From Gammaproteobacteria bacterium (GTDB lineage Bacteria > Pseudomonadota > Gammaproteobacteria > Eutrophobiales > Eutrophobiaceae), in NCBI GenBank assembly GCA_021773245.1, contig JAJFKK010000126.1, positions 6,917 through 70,916 of the forward strand: a stretch of DNA of 64,000 nucleotides, written 5' to 3'. The translations under genes and the position numbers were made by a program. Below, in pieces: positions 41,303 to 50,138 of this stretch (the stretch's first letter is position 1; every line of letters begins with the position of its first letter). Below the pieces are notes generated by a model. That model was not told the DNA's origin. It ran no database searches and saw only the letters and a list, made by a program, of their open reading frames with translations.

Positions 41303-42502
41303 ATGAAATATTCACGCGTACATATGGAATCCATCGGCTATGAATTGCCACCGGTAGTGATTACTTCTGATGACCTCGAGCAACGTCTAATGCCTATGTA
41401 TGACGCGCTCCATATAGCGCCTGGGCAGTTAGAAGCTTTGACGGGTATTCATGAACGTCGCTGGTGGGAAGAAGGGCATATTTTGTCTGATGGTGCTGCA
41501 AATGCGGCTCGAAAGGCGCTAGATCAGTCAAATGTCGAGGCAAAAGACGTAGAAGCACTGGTTTACACCGGTGTTTGCCGAGAAAACTTCGAACCAGCAA
41601 CCGCTTGTGCCGTAGCAGCTCAATTGGGTATCAGTGATGATGCCAATATCTATGATATTTCCAATGCTTGCTTGGGTGTTATGAACGGGATCATTGATAT
41701 CGCCAATCGCATCGAATTAAAGCAGATCCGTGCCGGTATGGTCGTATCGTGCGAGACCTCACGCGAAATCGTTGAAATTATGATCGAACGCATGTTGAAA
41801 GATAAAACGATAGATATGTTCTCCAGCTCTCTGGCGACTTTAACGGGTGGTTCGGGTGCTGCTGCAGTTTTACTGACTGATGGCTCTTTTGATAATAAAG
41901 AAACACATCGCTTGATGGGTGGCGCAAATCAATCTGCTCCGGAACATCACAAACTTTGCCGTTGGGGCGTTTCAATATCACCAGTAGCCATCGGTGAATT
42001 TGTCTTTTCTCCTGATAAATTATTAGCGGCAATTGATCAGGTAATGGAACCTGACGTTATTCCTTCAGTGGTTAAAGAAGTAATGTCCAGTGATAAATTG
42101 CCACCCGCTTTATCCAGCATGTTACCCAAAGAAAAGCTACCGGCGGCACTGTCTGAATTCATGTCGACCGATTCTGTCTCCGTTTTAAAGCATGGCGCCA
42201 TCTTAGGTGTAAAAACCTGGGGTACATTTTTAACGAGAATGGGTTGGGCTAGAGATCAGGTTGATAAAGTGATTTGTCATCAGGTCGGCGAAGGCCATCG
42301 AGATACAATATTAAGAGAGCTTGGTATCGCGCCTGAAAAAGATTTTAGTACCTATAAATATCTTGGCAATATCGGGACTGTCTCGGTGCCCTTAACAGCA
42401 GCAATTGCTGATCAAAGACAGTTCTTAAAGAAGGGCGATCGTGTTAGTTTTCTTGGTATCGGTAGTGGATTAAACTGCCTAATGCTTGGTTGGGAATGGT
42501 AA
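41303..42502 (+). CDS. oleA: OleA-like thiolase (KAS III/FabH superfamily) with a ~60-aa insertion
   Basis: Cys-His-Asn triad contexts ISNACLG, ICHQVG and YLGNIGTVSVP. Starts 9 nt after the pfaC stop and is followed by oleBCD. 399 aa versus ~320-350 for family members I know. Confidence 0.65.
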   Translation: MKYSRVHMESIGYELPPVVITSDDLEQRLMPMYDALHIAPGQLEALTGIHERRWWEEGHILSDGAANAARKALDQSNVEAKDVEALVYTGVCRENFEPATACAVAAQLGISDDANIYDISNACLGVMNGIIDIANRIELKQIRAGMVVSCETSREIVEIMIERMLKDKTIDMFSSSLATLTGGSGAAAVLLTDGSFDNKETHRLMGGANQSAPEHHKLCRWGVSISPVAIGEFVFSPDKLLAAIDQVMEPDVIPSVVKEVMSSDKLPPALSSMLPKEKLPAALSEFMSTDSVSVLKHGAILGVKTWGTFLTRMGWARDQVDKVICHQVGEGHRDTILRELGIAPEKDFSTYKYLGNIGTVSVPLTAAIADQRQFLKKGDRVSFLGIGSGLNCLMLGWEW

Positions 42503-42584
42503 TAACTCTATTCTTTTGTTTTATCAGATTTTATTTAGCTTAATAATATCACTCCAATTTTTTTCTCTTGTATTCTCGTAATCA

Positions 42585-43691
42585 ATGGATACGGAAAATC
42601 CTGACAGTACTCAAGAACGACGTAAAATTATCCATGTCGATATGGATGCGTTTTATGCTTCAGTTGAACAAAGAGATAACCCTGAGTATAAAGGTAAACC
42701 TGTCGTAGTTGGCGGTACACCCGAGCAACGCGGTGTTGTCGCTGCCTGTAGTTATGAAGCTCGTAAATTTGGTATCCATTCAGCAATGCCTGCGGCACAA
42801 GCATATAAAAAATGTCCGAAAGCTATTTTTTTAAAACCACGCTTTACAGCCTATAGAGAAGTATCCGCACAAATTCAAGATGTGTTTCATCAATTTACAG
42901 AACTAGTCGAACCCTTATCACTTGATGAAGCTTATCTCGACGTAACAAATAATCAGGAATTTTCAGGTTCGGCAACATTAATAGCCAAGCAAATAAAAAA
43001 AATAATTAAAGAAAAGACAGACCTTAATGCTTCGGCAGGCATTTCCTATAATAAATTTTTAGCGAAGATAGCCTCTGATATGGATAAACCGGATGGATTG
43101 TTTCTTATTACACCCGAACAAGGTCCCGAATTTATAAAAACGCTTCCAATACGAAAGTTTCATGGAATTGGAAAAGCAACTGAAAAGCGAATGAATGCAG
43201 TTGGTATACATACTGGAAATGATCTTCTGCAAAAAAGTTTGAATGAACTCGTTATGAAATTTGGTAAAGCAGGTCATTTTTATTTTGATATTGCACGTGG
43301 CATTGATTTACGTCCGGTTAATAATAAACGAGAGAGAAAATCTCTAGGGAAAGAAACGACATTTAGTGAAGATATAGGTGATACGGGTGAAATGTTTAAA
43401 GTACTTGATGAACTTTCAAATAGTGTCGCAAGAAGTCTTTTTGAAAAACAACTGGTAGCGAAAACGATTACTCTGAAGGTTAAATACGCAGATTTTGAAT
43501 CAATTACGCGTAGTCGAACAATTGAAAAACCAACACAATCTGCCAGTAACATAACAAAATTAGTAAAAGAACTATTAAAAGATACAGAGGCAGGGAATCG
43601 CAAAGTACGTCTTCTGGGTGTAAGTACCTCAAAGTTACAGGAAAAAGGATTAAAAGGTATAGATAAAACAGAACAAATGGATTTGCTCTAA
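42585..43691 (+). CDS. dinB: DNA polymerase IV (Y-family translesion polymerase)
   Basis: Canonical N-terminus IIHVDMDAFYASVEQRDNP...KGKPVVVGG...RGVVAACSYEARKFGIHSAMP, plus SLDEAYLDVT and GISYNKFLAKIASD. Confidence 0.95.
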   Translation: MDTENPDSTQERRKIIHVDMDAFYASVEQRDNPEYKGKPVVVGGTPEQRGVVAACSYEARKFGIHSAMPAAQAYKKCPKAIFLKPRFTAYREVSAQIQDVFHQFTELVEPLSLDEAYLDVTNNQEFSGSATLIAKQIKKIIKEKTDLNASAGISYNKFLAKIASDMDKPDGLFLITPEQGPEFIKTLPIRKFHGIGKATEKRMNAVGIHTGNDLLQKSLNELVMKFGKAGHFYFDIARGIDLRPVNNKRERKSLGKETTFSEDIGDTGEMFKVLDELSNSVARSLFEKQLVAKTITLKVKYADFESITRSRTIEKPTQSASNITKLVKELLKDTEAGNRKVRLLGVSTSKLQEKGLKGIDKTEQMDLL

Positions 43692-43786
43692 TTATATTTC
43701 TATTGAAAAGTTTCGAAGTATTTGGCTTGGTGATTAGAGTAATATTCAGTAAACTAGTTATCTTTTTATATTAAAACCAATAACTT

Positions 43787-44674
43787 ATGAAATATCCGGA
43801 TTATCCCTCTGAGTCTTCTTGCTATACATCAGTCAATGGTAGAAGAATGCATTATCTTGAAGGCGGTAATGATAAATCTGAAGTAGTAGTTATGGTACAT
43901 GGTAACCCTAGTTGGTCTTTTTACTATCGCCATCTATTTAGTGCACTCATTGAAAAATACCATTGTGTTGTACCTGATCATATTGGTATGGGTTTATCGG
44001 ATAAGCCTGGTAATGAATATGAATTTACATTGAAACAGCGAGTAGACGATCTTAATGTGCTTCTAAGTTCGCTTGGTGTAGATAAAAATATAACTCTAAT
44101 TGTTCATGATTGGGGAGGCATGATCGCTATGGCTTACGCCACGCGTTATCCAGAAAAGATAAAACGTTTGGTGATCTCTAATACGGCCGGTTTTCATATT
44201 CCGAAAGGAAGAGAAGTTCCTTGGCAATTAAAGCTAAGTCGTACTCCAATAATAGGCGCTTTATTAATTCAGGGATTAAATGCATTTTGTCGAGGTGGCG
44301 TTATTCAATGCGTAACCCGTAATCCGATGAGTAATGAAATAAAGAATGCTTATTTAGCGCCATATGATAGTTGGGCTAATAGATTGTCTGTATTACGTTT
44401 TGTTGAAGATATTCCGCTAGATAAAAAGCATCCTACTTACGATCTTGTTGATGAAGTAGATAAAAACCTAGATCAGTTTTCTAATTTACCCATGTTAGTT
44501 TGCTGGGGTTTAAATGACTTTGTGTTTGACCAATATTATCTTGATGAATGGAAGAAACGAATGCCGAATGCAGAATTTCATGAATTTGATGCTGGACACT
44601 ACTTATTGGAAGATGCGGGCGATGAAGTTATACCAATTATTCAAAAATTTATTAGTAGTAATCCTCTCGGTTAA
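43787..44674 (+). CDS. oleB: OleB-like alpha/beta hydrolase (haloalkane-dehalogenase fold, beta-lactone decarboxylase)
   Basis: VHGNPSWSFYYRHL and the nucleophile elbow VHDWGG (Asp nucleophile), with C-terminal GHYLLED. Directly upstream of oleC (6-nt gap). Confidence 0.75.
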   Translation: MKYPDYPSESSCYTSVNGRRMHYLEGGNDKSEVVVMVHGNPSWSFYYRHLFSALIEKYHCVVPDHIGMGLSDKPGNEYEFTLKQRVDDLNVLLSSLGVDKNITLIVHDWGGMIAMAYATRYPEKIKRLVISNTAGFHIPKGREVPWQLKLSRTPIIGALLIQGLNAFCRGGVIQCVTRNPMSNEIKNAYLAPYDSWANRLSVLRFVEDIPLDKKHPTYDLVDEVDKNLDQFSNLPMLVCWGLNDFVFDQYYLDEWKKRMPNAEFHEFDAGHYLLEDAGDEVIPIIQKFISSNPLG

Positions 44675-44680
44675 TCTTTC

Positions 44681-46336
44681 ATGATTACGGCAAATATTGC
44701 ATCTCATTTACCTGTGATGGCAAAAAAACAACCTGATACCTATGCTGTTGTTAAACAGAATAAGAATAAATCAAAAAAATCATTATATGACACGGCTTAT
44801 ACCTACAAACAGCTGGATGAAGAAAGTAATCTCATTGCTAATGGATTAGAAGCATATGGAGTAAAGAAAGGAACAAGAACTGTTCTTATGGTGCAGCCAG
44901 GACTTGATTTTTTTGCTTTGGTATTTGCATTATTTAAACTCGAAGCGATTCTTGTCGCGGTTGACCCTGGTATGGGAGTTAAGAACTTAGGAAAATGTTT
45001 AAAAGACGCTGAGGCCGAAGTCTTTATTGGAAATACAAAGGCGCATTACGCTAGGGTTATTTTAGGCTGGTCAAAAAAAACTATACATAAAAATATTCTG
45101 GTTGGAGATAACCCGTTAATTAGTCCCTTTATAACAAGTTTAAATAAGATAAAGGAACTTGGAAAAAAAACAGATCGAGAAAGCACTAACACAAAAGCTG
45201 AAAATATTGCCGCAATACTTTTTACTAGTGGTAGTACAGGCATACCTAAAGGTGTGGTTTATACACATGCGAATTTCACAGCACAAGTCGATACATTAAA
45301 ACAACTCTATCATATTCAAGCTGGTGAAATAGATCTGGCAACATTTCCATTATTTGCATTGTTTTCGCCAGCATTAGGGATGACTTCAATTGTACCAATA
45401 ATGGATTTCACTAAACCGGGTTCTGTCAATCCGATAAGAATTATAGATGCTGTAACACAATATAAATGTACCAATATGTTTGGTTCTCCAGCATTACTTA
45501 ATCGTGTAGGAAAATGGAGTGAGAATAAAAATATTAAATTAGGCTCTTTAAAACGAGTACTTTCAGCCGGCGCTCCTGTTGCTCCATTAGTACTAGGGAG
45601 GTTTAAAAGTTTATTAAATAAAGAAACTCAGATATTTACTCCTTATGGCGCGACTGAATCATTACCTGTTAGCTCTATAGGTAGCGATGTAATTTTGAAA
45701 GAAACAGCTAAAGAAACAGCAAAAGGTAAAGGTGTCTGTGTCGGGCAGCCTGTACCTAATCTTGATATAAGAATTATTAAGCTAACTGATGACATTATTT
45801 CTGAATGGAGTGATGATTTAGAATTGCCGGCGATTAAGATTGGTGAAATCTGTGTTAAAGGCCCTCAGGTTACGCGTTCTTACTATAATCGTAATAAAGA
45901 AACAGGATTAGCAAAAATTAGAACGGGTGATAGTTTTTATCATCGTATGGGAGATATTGGTTATCTCGACTGGCAAGACAGGCTTTGGTTTTGTGGCCGA
46001 AAGAGCCAACGAGTTATAACTGAATCAGAAATAATGTTTACCATATGTTGTGAAGCAATTTTTAATGCACATCCATTTGTTTTTCGATCTGCACTTGTTG
46101 GCGCAATAAACAAAAATATAGTAATCCCTGTAATATGCATTGAACTTGAATCTGAGAATAAGAGGTTTAACAAAAAAGAACTTATAGACGAGTTACTCGT
46201 ATTAGCATCTGCATCTGAAGTGACTAAAAACATTAAGCATGTCCTTTTTCATTCTGGTTTTCCTGTTGATATTCGTCACAATGCAAAAATTGGACGTGAA
46301 AAATTAGCAGAATGGGCAACAGAGGAATTATTTTGA
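44681..46336 (+). CDS. oleC: OleC-like AMP-dependent synthetase (beta-lactone synthetase)
   Basis: Adenylation core LFTSGSTGIPKGVVYTH plus YGATE and GDIGYLD motifs. Position between oleB and oleD. Confidence 0.75.
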   Translation: MITANIASHLPVMAKKQPDTYAVVKQNKNKSKKSLYDTAYTYKQLDEESNLIANGLEAYGVKKGTRTVLMVQPGLDFFALVFALFKLEAILVAVDPGMGVKNLGKCLKDAEAEVFIGNTKAHYARVILGWSKKTIHKNILVGDNPLISPFITSLNKIKELGKKTDRESTNTKAENIAAILFTSGSTGIPKGVVYTHANFTAQVDTLKQLYHIQAGEIDLATFPLFALFSPALGMTSIVPIMDFTKPGSVNPIRIIDAVTQYKCTNMFGSPALLNRVGKWSENKNIKLGSLKRVLSAGAPVAPLVLGRFKSLLNKETQIFTPYGATESLPVSSIGSDVILKETAKETAKGKGVCVGQPVPNLDIRIIKLTDDIISEWSDDLELPAIKIGEICVKGPQVTRSYYNRNKETGLAKIRTGDSFYHRMGDIGYLDWQDRLWFCGRKSQRVITESEIMFTICCEAIFNAHPFVFRSALVGAINKNIVIPVICIELESENKRFNKKELIDELLVLASASEVTKNIKHVLFHSGFPVDIRHNAKIGREKLAEWATEELF

Positions 46337-47328
46337 AAGCGTTAGTTACAGGTGGAGGAGGCTTTCTTGGTGGTGAAATTGTCAAAGCATTATTAAAAAG
46401 AGGTGATAGTGTTAAAACAATTCAGCGTGGTAATTATCCTTTTTTGAATGAACTTGGTGCTGAGTCTATCCGCGGTAATCTAACACAACTGGATGATGTT
46501 AATGACGCAATTAGTGGATGTGATATCGTTTTTCATGTCGCAGCAAAAGCAGGAGTGTGGGGCGATTATAATGGCTATTACCAGTCAAATGTCGTTGCTA
46601 CCAAAAATGTACTAGAAGCCTGTCGAAAAAATAATGTTAAATATCTAATTTATACTAGTACGCCAAGTGTTGTTTTTAATGGTGATAATGAAGAAGGTAT
46701 CAACGAATCAGAACCATATATAAAAGAATATTTTAATGCGTATCAAAAAACAAAATCGATAGCAGAAAAATTAGTTCTTGAAAATAATGATGAAGGGCTT
46801 AAGACTGTCGCATTGAGACCGCATTTAATCTGGGGTCCTAATGATCCCCATCTTGTACCTAGAATTATCAGTCGAGCAAAAGCGGGACGTTTAAAGCTGG
46901 TTGGCAATAGAAACAATAAAGTTGACTCATGCTATATAGATAATGCTGTGCAGGCACATATGCTCGCAGCTGATTGTCTTCAGAAAAATATTGATTGTGC
47001 TGGGAAAGTCTATTTTATCAGTAATGATGAACCAATTGGCATGGCTGATTTAATTAATAAAATATTGTCCGCAGCAAAGTTACCTTCTGTTAATAAAACT
47101 ATTCCTGTTTCTGTAGCGTATGTTGTTGGATTTGTTCTAGAAAAAATATATAAATTATTTAATATAAAAAACGAACCGATAATGACTCGATTTGTTGCAA
47201 AACAACTATCTACATCACATTGGTTTGATCTAAGTGCAGCTAAAAATGATTTAGGTTACCGGCCAAAAGTCAGTATTGATGAAGGCATGATAAGGCTTGA
47301 AGAATCACTTGCAGAAGAAATAACTTAA
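46312..47328 (+). CDS. oleD: OleD-like NAD(P)H-dependent reductase (3-beta-HSD/extended SDR family)
   Basis: KALVTGGGGFLGGEIV Rossmann motif and YQKTK catalytic motif. The ATG at 46312 overlaps the oleC end by 25 nt, so the exact start is uncertain. Confidence 0.75.
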   Translation: MGNRGIILKALVTGGGGFLGGEIVKALLKRGDSVKTIQRGNYPFLNELGAESIRGNLTQLDDVNDAISGCDIVFHVAAKAGVWGDYNGYYQSNVVATKNVLEACRKNNVKYLIYTSTPSVVFNGDNEEGINESEPYIKEYFNAYQKTKSIAEKLVLENNDEGLKTVALRPHLIWGPNDPHLVPRIISRAKAGRLKLVGNRNNKVDSCYIDNAVQAHMLAADCLQKNIDCAGKVYFISNDEPIGMADLINKILSAAKLPSVNKTIPVSVAYVVGFVLEKIYKLFNIKNEPIMTRFVAKQLSTSHWFDLSAAKNDLGYRPKVSIDEGMIRLEESLAEEIT

Positions 47329-48050
47329 TGAATAATAGTCTTCAATTTTTAGATAAAAAAATTGAATTATCAAATGATAAAATTCATGTGTTTTTATTAA
47401 ATCTTGAGGAATTTAATTACAAAGAATTTCTATTTTGTTTGTCAGAAGAAGAAAGTGAAAGAGCAACTCGATTAAAAGTAGAAGAAAAAAAGAAACAGTT
47501 TGTTGTTACTAGAGCTGTGTTGCGAAAGTTGTTGTCAAAAAGTTTGAGTAAAGTGGAAGAGGAAATAGTTTTCTTATATGGACAACATAAAAAACCCTAT
47601 ATAGAAAATAAACTTAATAATAAGTCAGTTGAGTTTAATATTTCACACTCTGGTGAATATGCACTTATAGCGATTACACTTGACCGTAAAGTAGGAGTTG
47701 ATATTGAAAAAATCAATAATGATGTGGATTATCAATCATTGTCTAAACGATTTTTTAGTGAAAAAGAAAATAAAGAGTTAGATAAGACGGATAAAGAAAA
47801 AAAATTAGATGCCTTTTATCGAGCATGGGTTAGAAAAGAATCATTCATAAAAGCAATAGGGAAGGGAATTGTTTTTGGCCTTGATAATTTTTCTGTTTCA
47901 TTAGGAGACAATAAAAAAAATAAAGTAAATATTGTTTCCAAAGATATCGATAGTGAACAGTGGTATTGCTACGATTTAATGGAAGTAATTAATTATAAAA
48001 CAGCATTAACAAGTTGTAATGAGAGCGCAGAAATTATTTTTTACCAGTAA
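47328..48050 (+). CDS. Sfp-type 4'-phosphopantetheinyl transferase (PfaE-like)
   Basis: Motifs FNISHSGEYALIA, GVDIEKI and WVRKESFIKAIGKG. Start overlaps the oleD stop (TAATG). Extremely AT-rich coding sequence. Confidence 0.8.
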   Translation: MNNSLQFLDKKIELSNDKIHVFLLNLEEFNYKEFLFCLSEEESERATRLKVEEKKKQFVVTRAVLRKLLSKSLSKVEEEIVFLYGQHKKPYIENKLNNKSVEFNISHSGEYALIAITLDRKVGVDIEKINNDVDYQSLSKRFFSEKENKELDKTDKEKKLDAFYRAWVRKESFIKAIGKGIVFGLDNFSVSLGDNKKNKVNIVSKDIDSEQWYCYDLMEVINYKTALTSCNESAEIIFYQ

Positions 48051-48534
48051 GTAGTGTGGCTAGTCTTTTTGTTGTGTCACGCAGGCGTGCGGTAAGTATT
48101 TTTGACAGTTTCCACAATAATTTATTTCCTAGATCGTGATGTTGGTTAACGATATCCTGGAAATCTTCACTAGTAATTAATAAAACCGTAGAATCTTCTG
48201 AAGCTATTGCCGATGCAGAAAAAGGTTCGCCATCAATAATCCCCATCTCACCAATAGATTCACCAGCAGTGACGTCAGCGATTTTTAATTGTTCGTCATT
48301 TGGTAAGCCTTTGAATATATTAATTGTGCCGGTAATGATGATACACAAGCAATTACTTTTATCTCCTTCGTGTAAAACGACGCAACCAGTATCTGCAATA
48401 TAAGCTTTGCTCCAACGGGATAATGTTCTCAGTTCTTCTTCATTAAAATCTATAAAGAAGTTTGATTCTTTTAATAAGTTGTACGTGGCTTCTCTAAATG
48501 AGTCACCGTTATCGAGTAGTTTTAGATCTTTCAA
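48034..48534 (-). CDS. Stand-alone cyclic-nucleotide-binding domain protein
   Basis: 166 aa with the cNMP-binding signature GESIGEMGIIDGEPFSASAIA. No output domain. Confidence 0.7.
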   Translation of the reverse strand: MKDLKLLDNGDSFREATYNLLKESNFFIDFNEEELRTLSRWSKAYIADTGCVVLHEGDKSNCLCIIITGTINIFKGLPNDEQLKIADVTAGESIGEMGIIDGEPFSASAIASEDSTVLLITSEDFQDIVNQHHDLGNKLLWKLSKILTARLRDTTKRLATLLTGKK

Positions 48535-48546
48535 AATTAATTATTT

Positions 48547-49971
48547 TTAAATGCTACCTTGTGAAGGTGTTGGATTATTTATATCAGCAGCATTAGGAAT
48601 TGATGATTTTCCAATTCTCGAAATTACTTCCCAACACGGCCCTGGAAATTTATGTAGTGAATCCATGACAGTTTTAAATGAAGATATAAAGTAATCAACA
48701 TCTGTTTTATCGATCATTAATGGCGGAATCAGTTTAATCACATCAATATTATGTCCTGCAACTTGTGTTAGTACACCATGATCTTGTAATAATGGAATGG
48801 TGACAGCTTGAGGAAATAAACTTTTGTTCAATTTATGAGCTAGTGCCCATGCTGCTTTTAGTTTAAGTGATTTTGGTGTGCCAAATTCAATCGCAAGCAT
48901 CAGGCCGCGCCAGCGAATATCTTTAATAAATTCATAAGAATTCTTTAATTCAGTTAATTGGGCCCCAAGGAGGTCACCCATTTTATTCGCATTATCCATC
49001 AAGTTATGTTCATCGATGTAATTCAAAGAAGCCAAGCCTGCCACCATTGCAAGATTACCTTGTCCAAATGTAGATGAATGAACTACAGAGCGGTCCATCG
49101 ATGAAAATACTTTGTTATAAATCCATTTTCTTGTGAGAACGGCACCTACTGGGATAAAGCCACCAGATAATGATTTTGATAATATGACTATATCTGGATC
49201 AATATCATTTTCATGTTCTAAAGCTAGAAATTTACCTGTACGACCCATGCCACTTTGAATCTCATCGGCGATAAATAATGTTTTATGTTGATGACATAAT
49301 TCCTGAGCTTGTTTGAGATAACCTGCGGGTGGAATATTCACGCCTTTACCTTGAATCGGTTCAATAATGAACGCCGCAATATTATTCTTAGAAAGGGCTT
49401 TTTCAAGTGCTTCAATATCACCAAAGGGAACTTGAACGCAATCAGGCAATAATTCTCCGAAACCTTCTCGAAAAGTTTTATCTCCATTTACGGAAAGTGC
49501 ACCATTACTTAAACCATGAAAAGATTTTTTTGCGTGGATTATACCGGAACGTTGTGTAGCACAACGAGCAAATTTAATTGCTGTTTCTACTCCTTCTGTA
49601 CCTGAATTTGTAAAATACACATAGTCCAACTCATTTGGCATACGTTGTTTAAGTTCTTTAGCAAGCAATCCAGAGAGCAGTGGAGCATCTAATTGAACCA
49701 AGCTTGGATAATCAGACTCCATAAATTCGATAAGAGCCTGTCGGATTTCAGGGTTATTCCGACCAACATTAAAAACTCCGTAACCAGCCAACATGTCGAG
49801 GTAACGTTGACCATGGGTATCCCAAAGGTATTGACCTTCCGCACGGGTATAACATTTATCAAAACCTATGGTATTAAGGGTTTTAACAAAACGAGGATTT
49901 ACATGTTTCTCATGTAACTCGTAGTTTTCACCTCTGGCGCTGGCCAGTATCTGGTTGATATTGATTGCCAT
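48547..49971 (-). CDS. Class-III (ornithine/acetylornithine-type) PLP aminotransferase, HpnO-like candidate
   Basis: Motifs FTNSGTEGVETAIKFAR, DEIQSGMGRTGKF and LSKSLSGGFIPVGA (PLP Lys). Lies between two hopanoid gene blocks. Confidence 0.6.
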   Translation of the reverse strand: MAININQILASARGENYELHEKHVNPRFVKTLNTIGFDKCYTRAEGQYLWDTHGQRYLDMLAGYGVFNVGRNNPEIRQALIEFMESDYPSLVQLDAPLLSGLLAKELKQRMPNELDYVYFTNSGTEGVETAIKFARCATQRSGIIHAKKSFHGLSNGALSVNGDKTFREGFGELLPDCVQVPFGDIEALEKALSKNNIAAFIIEPIQGKGVNIPPAGYLKQAQELCHQHKTLFIADEIQSGMGRTGKFLALEHENDIDPDIVILSKSLSGGFIPVGAVLTRKWIYNKVFSSMDRSVVHSSTFGQGNLAMVAGLASLNYIDEHNLMDNANKMGDLLGAQLTELKNSYEFIKDIRWRGLMLAIEFGTPKSLKLKAAWALAHKLNKSLFPQAVTIPLLQDHGVLTQVAGHNIDVIKLIPPLMIDKTDVDYFISSFKTVMDSLHKFPGPCWEVISRIGKSSIPNAADINNPTPSQGSI

Positions 49972-50138
49972 ATGTTTCTAGCTCTAGTCCATTAAAATCC
50001 GATTTCAGCCTCGATTATAGAATAATTCTTAGATTGTGCATGTGTTAAGCATACAAAATTTTGGACTAAAAGCACATTTTTACTGATACTTAAAAGCATG
50101 AAACTATTTCTACTCGGCATGTAACGCAGAGCGATATA

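Noticed and set aside
42503-42584. Search for a LexA/SOS box upstream of dinB
   Set aside because: There is no CTGT-N8-ACAG-like palindrome in the 82-nt spacer or in the last codons of oleA. I therefore annotated no operator. The absence is used in a finding.
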